64,000 bases of DNA. It comes from Candidatus Bathyarchaeota archaeon (GTDB lineage Archaea; Thermoproteota; Bathyarchaeia; 40CM-2-53-6). Shown piece after piece: positions 19,888-29,748 of the stretch. The notes under the pieces were generated by a model. The model was not told the origin of the DNA and searched no databases. It was given only the letters and a program-made list of their open reading frames with translations. The number at the start of each line of letters is the position of its first letter. Positions within the stretch are counted from its first letter, which is position 1. The stretch is from contig CAVSBL010000002.1 of NCBI GenBank assembly GCA_963726255.1, positions 832,001-896,000 of the forward strand, read 5' to 3'. Made by a program: the position numbers and the translations under genes.

Positions 19888-20038
19888 AGATGGACTCTCA
19901 ACTAGGCTCGGAGGTTCGCGATTGTCTAACACTTGAAACAGTCCGCGCAAAACGGTGCTTCTGTTTGACCGTCGAAGTCGGATTAAACAACAATAACCCT
20001 AATTTGGGACGAGGAAGTACCACGGACCGGCCACGGTA

Positions 20039-22225
20039 ATGCGCTCTCTACGCTTACTTCTTCTCTCAATCCTTCTCCTGCCGATTTTGATGGCGCCGGC
20101 CGCGCAAGCCCAGCCAGCCCCGCATTACATCGTGCTCTACGCGCATTCAATCGGGAACCAGCGTATTCTCAATGCTCTTCAACAATGGGGCGGCGAGAAG
20201 GTCGCTAACATCACTAAGGGGGTCACTTTCACGCTGAGCCCAGTACTTGGTGACGATTTGCGGATCGATGGAGCTATCACTTTCACGATATATCTCCAAG
20301 CGAACAACTTCTTCTTCGGGACAGTTGGGCTGAGTCTGGCTGAACTCCCTAAGGGAGGGACGGAAATCGAAGTCCCAGGGGCAAGCGTGGACACATCTCC
20401 TATCAGGTTGGGGCCTGGGGCAACGGTTTTGCCAGTGACAGTTGGGGTTGGAATTATCGATTATCAATTCCGAGCCGGTTCCGCAATATTACTTCATGTT
20501 GGCGTTGATCAAGCCTCAGGGTCCGGAACACCGCTGCTGTTATGGGATGACCCAGTCGCGCCTTCAAGCCTTAGACTTCCGGCCTTGTCACCTACAACCG
20601 CCGAGCTTAGCTTAGCGGGAGCGCAAAAGTTCGGCCGGATTTTCCAGACGGAAACCAATGGCACCGCTGCAGTCAGCATCGGTGGCGTAGTCAGGGATGC
20701 GATTGGTGCCTACCGTTTCACTTCCGGTTCCTATCTACTGACGGCTCCCAACGGAACTAACATAAGTTTCCAAGTTGACCCGAAGAACGAAACTGACTAC
20801 TCGAGCGCATCCTCGGTTGCCTCAAACTTCAGTGAGGGGAATTGGCAAATCAGCTTGGTTCTACGCGACGTTTCAGGCGACAGTTATTCCTTTGCTGATA
20901 ATTTCTGGGTAAGCCAGTTCTTCCCTGTTTCAGTCGAAGTTGTAACCTCCGGTGGCTCCCCTCTTGCGAATGCGAATTTAACTGTAAACTGTGGGGGCGA
21001 AGCAAGTTGGAGCACGCTGACAAACGCCACTGGTCTTGGAGTGTTGTGGCTACCTTCGAGCCTGATTATCGGGCCTATGAATCTGACAGTCTCGTGGCAT
21101 GGAACACAAACGTCCCTGCTTCTCCCAACTATCGACCGACCTTCGATGTTTGCTATGCGACTGGCCGTGTACGATATCTCCGTCCGGATTGTATTGTATA
21201 CTCCGCTCCTCGCCTTGCCTATCCCGTTCGTTCACGTCACTCTGTCTCAGGAAGGCCGCTACGTTAATGATTCATTAACTGGGGTAAACGGTGCTGCCGA
21301 TTTCAAGACAATTCCCGGCGGCAACTACACGGTGCGCGTAGACTACTTCTTTGCCACGCATCAGGCGCCAATGAGTGTTAAGGCAGACGGCGGTGCAGTC
21401 GTCGCCGTACCGTTCCCACATACGACAATTACGATCGCCACTGCTCTGGCTCTGATATCAATCGCATCGGTCGTACTAGTTAGAAGAAGGAGAGGCAAAC
21501 TCTACCCGTGTAGTTTCGACTACTTTACAGAGTTAACCCGTGGCGGCCTACCCGCGGCGTGTTTCATAACCATAGCCGGGAATTCCGGCTCAGGCAAGAC
21601 TGTTCTATTGAACTCTCTGGCCGGACAGCATCTGGCCTCCGGCAAAGTAATCTACATAACCAACACTGAGTATCCCGACAAAATCCGCGATAGCCTCATC
21701 AAACTTGGAGTTTGTAACGAATCCGATGTGAAAAACGGCAGGCTGATTTTTATCGATGCCTACTCCGCGATAGGGGGCGGCTTGTCGAAAGAAGAGTTCT
21801 CGGTCAGTTCACATACTGACCTGACGACTCTGGGGTTAAGCATTTCCAAGTGCCTTCAGATTGCAGGTCCTGATGCGGACATTTATCTCGACTCGTTGAA
21901 CCCGCTCATCGCCGCATTGCGTATTGATTACCTGATAAATTTCCTCCAATCCGTCGCGGCCAAGGTTAAAGCAAATAACGGAAAATTCTGCGTGATCGTC
22001 GGGACGGGGATAGAGAAAGAGGATATGACAAAGCTCGAGGAATTTTCCGATGGTGTCATAGAGACCCAGCTCCAGGAATCTGGGAGAGGCCAACGAAGAC
22101 GACTGAGAATTAAGAAGCTACGGGACAAACCCTACGTCGACAGTTGGATGCGGTTCCAAGTTGAGCAGGCGAGGGGCATCGTGTTCCTTACGAGATCAAA
22201 AGACCATAGCTCGGCTCATGCGTAA
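20039..22225 (+). CDS. Signal peptide + large extracellular beta region + TM + cytoplasmic KaiC/RAD55-like ATPase
   Basis: TM followed by RRRR, LTRGGLP, GNSGSGKT, FIDAYS, YLDSL, LEEFSDGVIE, IKKLR. Confidence 0.8.
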   Translation: MRSLRLLLLSILLLPILMAPAAQAQPAPHYIVLYAHSIGNQRILNALQQWGGEKVANITKGVTFTLSPVLGDDLRIDGAITFTIYLQANNFFFGTVGLSLAELPKGGTEIEVPGASVDTSPIRLGPGATVLPVTVGVGIIDYQFRAGSAILLHVGVDQASGSGTPLLLWDDPVAPSSLRLPALSPTTAELSLAGAQKFGRIFQTETNGTAAVSIGGVVRDAIGAYRFTSGSYLLTAPNGTNISFQVDPKNETDYSSASSVASNFSEGNWQISLVLRDVSGDSYSFADNFWVSQFFPVSVEVVTSGGSPLANANLTVNCGGEASWSTLTNATGLGVLWLPSSLIIGPMNLTVSWHGTQTSLLLPTIDRPSMFAMRLAVYDISVRIVLYTPLLALPIPFVHVTLSQEGRYVNDSLTGVNGAADFKTIPGGNYTVRVDYFFATHQAPMSVKADGGAVVAVPFPHTTITIATALALISIASVVLVRRRRGKLYPCSFDYFTELTRGGLPAACFITIAGNSGSGKTVLLNSLAGQHLASGKVIYITNTEYPDKIRDSLIKLGVCNESDVKNGRLIFIDAYSAIGGGLSKEEFSVSSHTDLTTLGLSISKCLQIAGPDADIYLDSLNPLIAALRIDYLINFLQSVAAKVKANNGKFCVIVGTGIEKEDMTKLEEFSDGVIETQLQESGRGQRRRLRIKKLRDKPYVDSWMRFQVEQARGIVFLTRSKDHSSAHA

Positions 22226-22267
22226 CGTTTTAGCTGTCGACTTGTTATCGTAGGATAGCGCGTAGCA

Positions 22268-25159
22268 CTAGTCGCTGTTGTCAAAGTGTGAATTTCCTTG
22301 CCGGCGTCTTCGAGCGGCAGCCAACATTAGCGACCCAATAAGGATGCCTAAGAGGGTCGCTTCGATTGGGAACCCAGGTATTGGTGGGAGTGCAAGGGAG
22401 TTTGAGTATGAGGCCACATAGGTGTCGGGGGCGTTGACTACCAATGGTCCTTCGATTATTCCTCCGGTCGCGTTTCGCCAACCTGCGAACTGGTGAACGG
22501 TGAACCCGTCGATTACAGTTTGGTTCAACGTGGGGATAATCGTCGTGCCCTTTTGGTACCAGAACTGGTAGTTGTTGTTCACTGACAAGTCATGGTACGT
22601 GTTGTTGAGGTTGAGTTTGAGGATCGTAGAGTTTGAGACACCATTAACTTTGAAAGTGATCAAGTACGCGGTGTTCCAGTTCGCTGTCAATGTTTTCGGT
22701 GCATCTGCCCGTAGTGTCAGGCTCGGCGAGGACCCAGAGTAGTCGCCTGTCCAGCCCACGAATGTTCGGCGTGTTGCGTTTCCGTAATCGACCTGGGCTT
22801 GTACGTTAACTGGTACGGTTGACCCTGCGTCATACCAACCCGCGCCTGAGGGCGTTCCATATTCAGAGTTCACAGTGACCAAGTACTGCATCTTCCACAC
22901 CGCCTGAAGTGTCATCGGTGCATTTACTGAGACTTGTCCTGTCGGGCTGTTTCCAAGAGAAGTTGAATTCCAACCAGTAAAGACCTGTCTGGTGCCGTTA
23001 GAAAACTGGACAATTGATTGTACGGCCACCGTCGCAACGTCGCCAGCGTTATACCAACCGCTCCCTGTGGGCGAGCCGGTGGGGGATATTATCGTAACAT
23101 AGAACTGTTTCAGCCAGTTCGCTTTCACCGTGACAGGTTTAGTCATATTGACGGTAATTGTAGTTGAGTTTGCATCCACGTCGCCCATCCAACTTGAAAA
23201 TATTAGGCGTGAGGCGTTCGCCGTCACATTTGACGGGTTCTCCGCATTAACCTGCACGACGCTGTCTGGCGTGTACCATCCGCTGGATGTGGTTGTGCCG
23301 CCGCTCGGGTCGATGTCGAGCAGATATTGAGTGGCGTACTGAGCCTGCAGGGTTGTATCGGAGGTGACTGTAATTGTGCGCGGGTTCGTTAGGTTTCCGT
23401 CCGACCACCCGGTAAACGCTTGACGTATGCCCAACGATGTGTTGACAGCCGGCTGGATTTCCACCGTTATTGTGCCGTTGGGGACGCTCGTTTGAAATTG
23501 GTTCGAAGTGAAGTTATATTTCACACCATTAATCAGGACCCAGATATTCCCAGCTGAAGTCACGTTTCCTGGAACGTTGATTGAAAGTACTGGTCCAACG
23601 TTCACCGTGAAAGTCGCGACGTTGTTCGCGGTGTTTGTATCATTCAACGTGTGGTACGGATCTATGGTTATCTCGAAGAGGTGGGTTCCGAGGACTGAGT
23701 TCCAAGTGAAACTCGTCTGAGTTGAAGACCCTGCGCCGACGCTGACTTCGGTGTTCGTATAGTGCTGGCCGTCAAGATCCATTGCAACTGGAACATTGGT
23801 TACGCTACTAGTGCCTAAGTTTGATACTTGGACGGTGATCGTAACCGTCGTGTTTGGAACAGTAATTACAGGCGGTTGAGCAGAGACTCCGGTTATTGCA
23901 AGGTCAACGTAGGTTTGATTCTGATTCTGTGGCGGCGGCGCGCTACCCCTATTCACAGTAACCTGGTAGGAATTACCTACCTTGCCAGTCACAGTTACGG
24001 CTATGTTGTTCTGCCTGTCGCTGAAGGTTTGGCCAACGTTCCAAACAGCATCTTCCAGCTCTGATACACCTGGGTGTCCATCCATAACATGCACTCTGCC
24101 GATTATGGCGTTCTCGTCTACAGAGGTGATCAGCACGCCAGTCGCCGGCAACGCCTTGTCGAAACCTGTGAATGATCTCACTTCGACAAGGTAGTATTGA
24201 CTTGGGTCCGCGCTTAGGGGTATCTGTATCGCATGCACGTTACTTGATGGTACCTCGGTTGGATCAACAGTAAAGCTGCTGGTGAAACCATTGTTTGCCA
24301 CTGCAAGTTGAGATCCGCTGATGAAGCCGAGCTGAATCTTGGGCCAAGCCGTCATGTGGGCTGGGCTTGATCCGGCAGGGGCGCCGTTCCATAGACCTTT
24401 GTCCATCAACTCCCAAGGTCCAAGGATGGTTTTTCCAGTGTTAATGTTGTATAAGTCCGGTAGTCCTAAGTTGTGGCCGAATTCGTGGACCCAGACGCCG
24501 TTTGGTACAGTCCCTCCTGCTTCAAGTTCCGGGTCAATGTTGAATTTGGTGAGAGTTTTCGAGTTTGTTCTAACCCATACTCCACCTAGGTAGGTCACTG
24601 ACCATACGTCGCTCTTGACACCACTGGATTCTTCACCATTCCCAGAATGGATGAAGACGAAATAGTCGTAATTCATGAAGTTCACATCCTTCTGCGCGAG
24701 AAGCGCAGCGTCCTGTGCGATATTCCATGATTGGTCCGCTCCGCTGCAGTCAGCATCGTCGATGGCCTGACAGTCCATTCCATAGTGCGATTCCGGATAG
24801 GGAAGCTTGTACCAACCGTAAGCGTCACCTTGGACGGTCAAAGTGCCCAGCGATGCTTCATGGTAGTATGCATTCAGAGTTCCAAAATACTCCTGTTTTA
24901 GCGTAGCAATGCTGACTGTGTAGTTGAGGTTGGAGAATGCGGCGGCTATCAGTAGAACCCGTATGACTCCTGAAACGGGGGCGGGATGGGGTGTGTAGCC
25001 CGGGCTGGGACTTGGGAGCGGCATTGAGGGACTGGGCGCGAATACCATAATCGGATGCGCACTCTGCGCAAACACTATCGACGACACGTTTGCCGCGGGA
25101 AATAGCCCGAAAAGAAGGAGAGCGAGTATCGTAAGTGTCCGTCTATTGTCCGCGAACAT
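22268..25159 (-). CDS. M6 (immune inhibitor A-like) metalloprotease with CARDB and repeated beta domains, PGF-like sorting signal
   Basis: HEFGHNLGLPDLY, WELMDKG, repeated GSGWY units, C-terminal IPGFP + TM + RRRR. Confidence 0.88.
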   Translation of the reverse strand: MFADNRRTLTILALLLFGLFPAANVSSIVFAQSAHPIMVFAPSPSMPLPSPSPGYTPHPAPVSGVIRVLLIAAAFSNLNYTVSIATLKQEYFGTLNAYYHEASLGTLTVQGDAYGWYKLPYPESHYGMDCQAIDDADCSGADQSWNIAQDAALLAQKDVNFMNYDYFVFIHSGNGEESSGVKSDVWSVTYLGGVWVRTNSKTLTKFNIDPELEAGGTVPNGVWVHEFGHNLGLPDLYNINTGKTILGPWELMDKGLWNGAPAGSSPAHMTAWPKIQLGFISGSQLAVANNGFTSSFTVDPTEVPSSNVHAIQIPLSADPSQYYLVEVRSFTGFDKALPATGVLITSVDENAIIGRVHVMDGHPGVSELEDAVWNVGQTFSDRQNNIAVTVTGKVGNSYQVTVNRGSAPPPQNQNQTYVDLAITGVSAQPPVITVPNTTVTITVQVSNLGTSSVTNVPVAMDLDGQHYTNTEVSVGAGSSTQTSFTWNSVLGTHLFEITIDPYHTLNDTNTANNVATFTVNVGPVLSINVPGNVTSAGNIWVLINGVKYNFTSNQFQTSVPNGTITVEIQPAVNTSLGIRQAFTGWSDGNLTNPRTITVTSDTTLQAQYATQYLLDIDPSGGTTTSSGWYTPDSVVQVNAENPSNVTANASRLIFSSWMGDVDANSTTITVNMTKPVTVKANWLKQFYVTIISPTGSPTGSGWYNAGDVATVAVQSIVQFSNGTRQVFTGWNSTSLGNSPTGQVSVNAPMTLQAVWKMQYLVTVNSEYGTPSGAGWYDAGSTVPVNVQAQVDYGNATRRTFVGWTGDYSGSSPSLTLRADAPKTLTANWNTAYLITFKVNGVSNSTILKLNLNNTYHDLSVNNNYQFWYQKGTTIIPTLNQTVIDGFTVHQFAGWRNATGGIIEGPLVVNAPDTYVASYSNSLALPPIPGFPIEATLLGILIGSLMLAAARRRRQGNSHFDNSD

Positions 25160-25320
25160 AATCTCGTCGACCGAAGCTTTGCTGCCGCGTTCTCTCAGAA
25201 ATCATAAAGTGTTTAGCGGCATGAAAACATGCACGCTCAAATGCGTGGCTTCAAACGGATTAACAGCAACCATGCAACGTTACTGCCCAGTCGCTAATTC
25301 TGAAAGATTTCAGATTATCA

Positions 25321-27627
25321 TTATACGACAAACCTGGCAAGGTGGAACGCTGCAAGCAAGGGAATCACAAACACGTTGCTAATTACCAGTAGGAGCTGTG
25401 ATGCCACGAACAGAGGCGCTGGAGTTAGGAGCGCTGTTCTAAACAGAACTAAAGCTAGGGATGCCAACCAAATAGTGAGAAGTGGCGTTAGCCAGAGCAA
25501 ACTGGGCTTCCGCCTTGTCTTCGAAGCCCCCACGAGCACTACTGCAGCACTCAACGGAAAAACGTAGACGAAGCCGACGATGATACTTCCGATGAAATAT
25601 CCTAACATTGGTGAACCGCTCGGGACAAAGAATGATGTCAAAACATATCCCAACGTTATCATCGAAGCAGCGAATGTGATCAGACCGGAGAGGTACGGCA
25701 CACCTTTGATAACTGCCAGGCCGGCCTGCAAGAGTTGCGTCAGCACATCAGGACCACCGAACGTCGGAACCGAGGAATCCACCACTCTTACAGCGACAAC
25801 TCGGGAGCCTGAAGAATGCGTAAGGTCACCAGGCCAAGACGCTTTGATAGAATAGTTTCCCGCAGTATTCGGTTGCCATGTGTAAGCAAACACGCCGTTC
25901 TGCGCTGCCGGCACCTTTGCGAGCTCTTGCCAGCTGCCGACAGTTGAGCTATACTCGATGTCGACGGTAGCGGGCTCACTCGCCAACCCATCAACCGAGC
26001 CCGTGATCGATAGTGGGTACCCCACGACTGCAACAGCCGGCAGAATATTGAGGCTAAGCTTCGAAGCTTGTTTTGGCGTTGCAGAATATACGAGCGAGAT
26101 GACGACGGGCTTTGCAATGTTAAGGGCTCCCGCGAAGGTTTGATTGTCCGCGCGAAGCTCGGAAAAGAAATAGGTGTTGGCAGAACCCGTAATCTGCTTG
26201 CTCTGGACGTCAATCGGCAGCTGTGTGTTCTCATCAATCCATTGAGTATACACTTGAGATCCTTTGAGGGTTACAAGGCTATTGCCAACGAGGGCAATTG
26301 AACTTGTGTCCGATGGTAAGCCGACCGCATTTACTGTCACTTCGAATTGAGTTTTCCATATCGCCGATACGTGTATTGGCGCGTCGACAATAACCCATGC
26401 CTGATTTATCGTAGAATTTGAACCGGCCTCCCAACTTTGGAAGAGCCTTCTCGTCCCGTTACCATAATCGACTTCGCTCTCCACCGAGAAAGTTGCATTT
26501 GTGCCGCGCAAGTACCACCCCGAACCCTGCGGATTTCCGTAAAGGCTCGCTACAACCAATGGAAATTGTTGAGCGTATTTCGCTGTAATATCCAACGTCG
26601 AATTCACCAATATGTTAAGCGGGTTTGAAGCGCCATACTTGCTCCATCCTGAGAACATTACCTTCGCGTCAGCCGAGTTCGTGATCTCGTTAGGCACCTC
26701 TACCGTCACGACGCCGTCGGGCACACTGGTCGAAGCTACGCCGTTGCTATTGGTCTGAAACGGAAAACCGTCGACATTGACAGTGACGTTGGAGGCCGGC
26801 ATTCTAACGATCACATCGTGATCAAACGGCCCCTTACTCCATCCCGCGTCGAGCGTCTGGCCGTTGAATCGTCGATAATCATTCAATCTTAGCTGATGTT
26901 CGACAATTACATGAGACCTGTCGCCATTTTGCATGTAAAGTATCGCGAAATAGTAATCTCCAACGTCATCAATGAGGAGCGACCAGAGCTCGTTATAGTC
27001 GGTTGGCCCGTCGAAGAGTTGGTTCAACAGAGGAGTGATTCCGAGTCGCCGTGTGTCATTCAGTAGGACCCCTCCTTTCGAGTTCAGGTAGAGTCGGGGA
27101 CCGAGGGCGAATAGACTGTTCGCCGCCGTCGCCGTTGTTGGCATGCGTAACCTCGGCAGTTGCACGGAACTCGTTGTTACAGTTCTGTTAAACACGTGCT
27201 GAACACCTTGGAGGTTCAAGCTGGTAACCTGGCCGCTGCTATAATCGAACCAACGCAGGAGGAACGCCTGACCCGAAGAGTTGGTCAGGTAAAGAAAACC
27301 AATTCTGAAATTTGTTTCTGTGACATTGACCAGGAATATGATGTATATTCGGCCGACGGCCCATTTTGCGGTGACGTAGCCCCAAGGCATTAGGCTCATT
27401 GCAAGATTATTGTTTATCGTTAATGTGCCGCCCTTAGGTGAAACTTGAAGCTGATAACCCTCGCTGCTTCCCCCCGCGTAGAAATCGATCATTTGGTTAG
27501 ATACAGAACCATTCGGCTGCGGCACCGTAAGGAAGACGTTCTGCCCACTTACGGAGGGGGAAACGAAGCCCGCCACGATGACCGCCAGAAGGATGCTGAG
27601 CGCTAGGTTTCTGGATACCATGGCCAA
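25321..27627 (-). CDS. Large exported protein with Ig-like repeats and about 4 C-terminal TM helices
   Basis: Signal peptide; GSGWY/NGTRRLF repeat shared with the neighbouring protease; hydrophobic C-terminus. Confidence 0.7.
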   Translation of the reverse strand: MAMVSRNLALSILLAVIVAGFVSPSVSGQNVFLTVPQPNGSVSNQMIDFYAGGSSEGYQLQVSPKGGTLTINNNLAMSLMPWGYVTAKWAVGRIYIIFLVNVTETNFRIGFLYLTNSSGQAFLLRWFDYSSGQVTSLNLQGVQHVFNRTVTTSSVQLPRLRMPTTATAANSLFALGPRLYLNSKGGVLLNDTRRLGITPLLNQLFDGPTDYNELWSLLIDDVGDYYFAILYMQNGDRSHVIVEHQLRLNDYRRFNGQTLDAGWSKGPFDHDVIVRMPASNVTVNVDGFPFQTNSNGVASTSVPDGVVTVEVPNEITNSADAKVMFSGWSKYGASNPLNILVNSTLDITAKYAQQFPLVVASLYGNPQGSGWYLRGTNATFSVESEVDYGNGTRRLFQSWEAGSNSTINQAWVIVDAPIHVSAIWKTQFEVTVNAVGLPSDTSSIALVGNSLVTLKGSQVYTQWIDENTQLPIDVQSKQITGSANTYFFSELRADNQTFAGALNIAKPVVISLVYSATPKQASKLSLNILPAVAVVGYPLSITGSVDGLASEPATVDIEYSSTVGSWQELAKVPAAQNGVFAYTWQPNTAGNYSIKASWPGDLTHSSGSRVVAVRVVDSSVPTFGGPDVLTQLLQAGLAVIKGVPYLSGLITFAASMITLGYVLTSFFVPSGSPMLGYFIGSIIVGFVYVFPLSAAVVLVGASKTRRKPSLLWLTPLLTIWLASLALVLFRTALLTPAPLFVASQLLLVISNVFVIPLLAAFHLARFVV

Positions 27628-27834
27628 TTCCCCTGAGTGGGATCAAGTTGCCTGGTGAAAATGTAGACATGTGCCTTCCCCACTTTTACCGTTAAATGTC
27701 AACGGAGCAATCCTTTGCGCAATTGCTTCATTCATGTGCAGGTATCTCATCTACAGAATGGATTTTGTGTAGATAATGGCCCGTCATTGCAAAACGTTTA
27801 TTGGAAGTCTCATCCGTCCGTCTATCGACCCCCG

Positions 27835-28308
27835 ATGAAGTCCGCTCGTTACATCCTAATGGCGGCTGGAATAATCGCGATTGCTCTGCTAGGAGCAAGA
27901 GTCGCGCTCGCACAGACTCAACCAGCTCAAAGCTACGGCCCAGGCGGCGGACAAATAGCCGGACAAGTTCTAGGGTTCGACATGTACGACCAGCTTGAGC
28001 CCATTGAATGGGCTTCTGTAGCCGCAGACAACGGTCCATACCACTTTGTGGCGTATACGGGTTCAGGTGGGTGGTATTCAATGTACGTACCTGCTGGCGT
28101 TTACAATGTTACCGTGGTCGAGCCAGGCTACCAGACTTATAGTCAAACCGTTGCGGTCTCGGACGGTTCAGCGAGCACAATCAATTTCAACCTTGTACAA
28201 TCCCACGTGCCAGTTCCTGAGTTTCCCACCGGAATGGTGTCAACCATTGCAATAGTTGCGATCACGGCTGCCCTAGGGGTAATGAGGCTTAAGAAACGAA
28301 AACGATAG
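27835..28308 (+). CDS. Small secreted carboxypeptidase-regulatory-like domain protein with PEF-CTERM-type signal
   Basis: MKSARYILMAAG signal peptide after TTTATT TATA; ends VPVPEFPTG + TM + KKRKR. Confidence 0.8.
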   Translation: MKSARYILMAAGIIAIALLGARVALAQTQPAQSYGPGGGQIAGQVLGFDMYDQLEPIEWASVAADNGPYHFVAYTGSGGWYSMYVPAGVYNVTVVEPGYQTYSQTVAVSDGSASTINFNLVQSHVPVPEFPTGMVSTIAIVAITAALGVMRLKKRKR

Positions 28309-28518
28309 CGGAACGAACGAACCGTACTCCCATTATTTTCTCTGCCGGCGAAGGTTCTGCGTTTTATGTGGGAGTTTACGAATACGGAAGCCCCTGAACT
28401 TGTTGTGTTCTTGCAAGATTCTCGGCCTATACCCCTTCTTACAGCGTCCTTCGGTTTCAGCCACCGTGAAGGGATAGCAAGCAACTTTCATTATGTGCGA
28501 TGCGGGGAAACATAAGAT

Positions 28519-29052
28519 ATGGAATTGAAGCACCCGCATCGGCAGAAGATCATCGAGGTTCTCCAGGTTCTTGGAATCACGTCCGCGATTGCTCTGGCAG
28601 TGTACTATTTACCGAACTATTTCTTCTACGAGAAGTTAACTGCGGAACATTCAGCTATCTTGATGGAGTTAATTGGAATAAAGGCGACAATTTGGTATCA
28701 AGGCAATCAAGTCTTCCTGAATCAATTCGAAATCCAGCGAATGTGCACGGGTGTTCAGGTGATTGCGGTCTTCTTGGGAATCATTGTTGCCATGCCTAAG
28801 GTTACGATTAAGAAGAGACTGACGGCTCTTGCGGTAGTTGTCGTCACCGTTTATTTTGCGAACATTGGCCGGATCGCATTCGAGATATGGCTTCTATACA
28901 ACGGGATTTTGCCTTGGTCCCTCGCCCACTACCCCACAGGATTCATCCTCGGCGTGTTCGCGGTAGCGGTTCTAATTGTCGTGGCGGACCATTTCATTCC
29001 AGAGATTGGTGATCTTGCATTCTCGACGCTTGACGGATTCTTGAAAACCTAA
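28519..29052 (+). CDS. Short Cys-type archaeosortase/exosortase
   Basis: Cys-Arg-His triad: RMCTGV, ANIGRI, LAHYP; TM helices. Confidence 0.85.
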   Translation: MELKHPHRQKIIEVLQVLGITSAIALAVYYLPNYFFYEKLTAEHSAILMELIGIKATIWYQGNQVFLNQFEIQRMCTGVQVIAVFLGIIVAMPKVTIKKRLTALAVVVVTVYFANIGRIAFEIWLLYNGILPWSLAHYPTGFILGVFAVAVLIVVADHFIPEIGDLAFSTLDGFLKT

Positions 29053-29064
29053 TGAATCAATATT

Positions 29065-29748
29065 TCATTTAGTCCTGGTCTGACGTCTTAACGCCCATTC
29101 GGTCGCTTTACTGATCGCTTCGCTGGAATTCCTCGCGATTACAACGGAGGCCTGAACAGTTTCGGGCAAGCCGGGTGCAACTGGGATGACTTCAAATTTC
29201 GTTTTGAACCCTCCGCGTTCAAGAGCTTCAATGAAGTTCTGCAATTGTGTCTCAACTTCCTCACCCGAGAGCAAAGGAACAACTAAATCCGCTCCGAGTT
29301 CTTCCGAGTTTCGGAGGAGTTCCAACGGTGTCTGGCTCTTGCCCAAGTTTACGGATCGAAATCCCACGGACCTGAGGGATGCAGACACCCCCATTGAAAC
29401 CAGGTTTCCAGCTTTGAGGCCGATAGGGCCTGTAGTCGCCTTTAGGTTGAACTTCCCTTCGGCCACGGCAAGCCGGTCTTCAATTACTTGAAGGCACGAA
29501 CCAACCGCATTCTCAACGGCAGCCACTCTCTCCTCATCGTATTCCCCAACCTCACGTAGGTCTGCGGCGATGTTCGCGGCATCAACCAAGGCATCTAATA
29601 TCTCGTTGGGTGTGCTACCCTGAGCTAGCGCGGCGAAGGCACTTTGTCGGACTTCTTCAGCTCTTCCCGCGAGCAGCGCGTTCGTCAGCAGCTGGATTTT
29701 CGGTTCAATATCGCTCAAGGTTGTTGCCGTTGTGCCGGTCCAACGCAA
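29065..29748 (-). CDS. Corrinoid (B12-binding) protein-like fold with degenerate cobalt-ligand motif
   Basis: Four-helix cap-like N-terminus, then LRSVGFRSVNLG...EELGADLV; no DxHxxG. Confidence 0.6.
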   Translation of the reverse strand: MRWTGTTATTLSDIEPKIQLLTNALLAGRAEEVRQSAFAALAQGSTPNEILDALVDAANIAADLREVGEYDEERVAAVENAVGSCLQVIEDRLAVAEGKFNLKATTGPIGLKAGNLVSMGVSASLRSVGFRSVNLGKSQTPLELLRNSEELGADLVVPLLSGEEVETQLQNFIEALERGGFKTKFEVIPVAPGLPETVQASVVIARNSSEAISKATEWALRRQTRTK

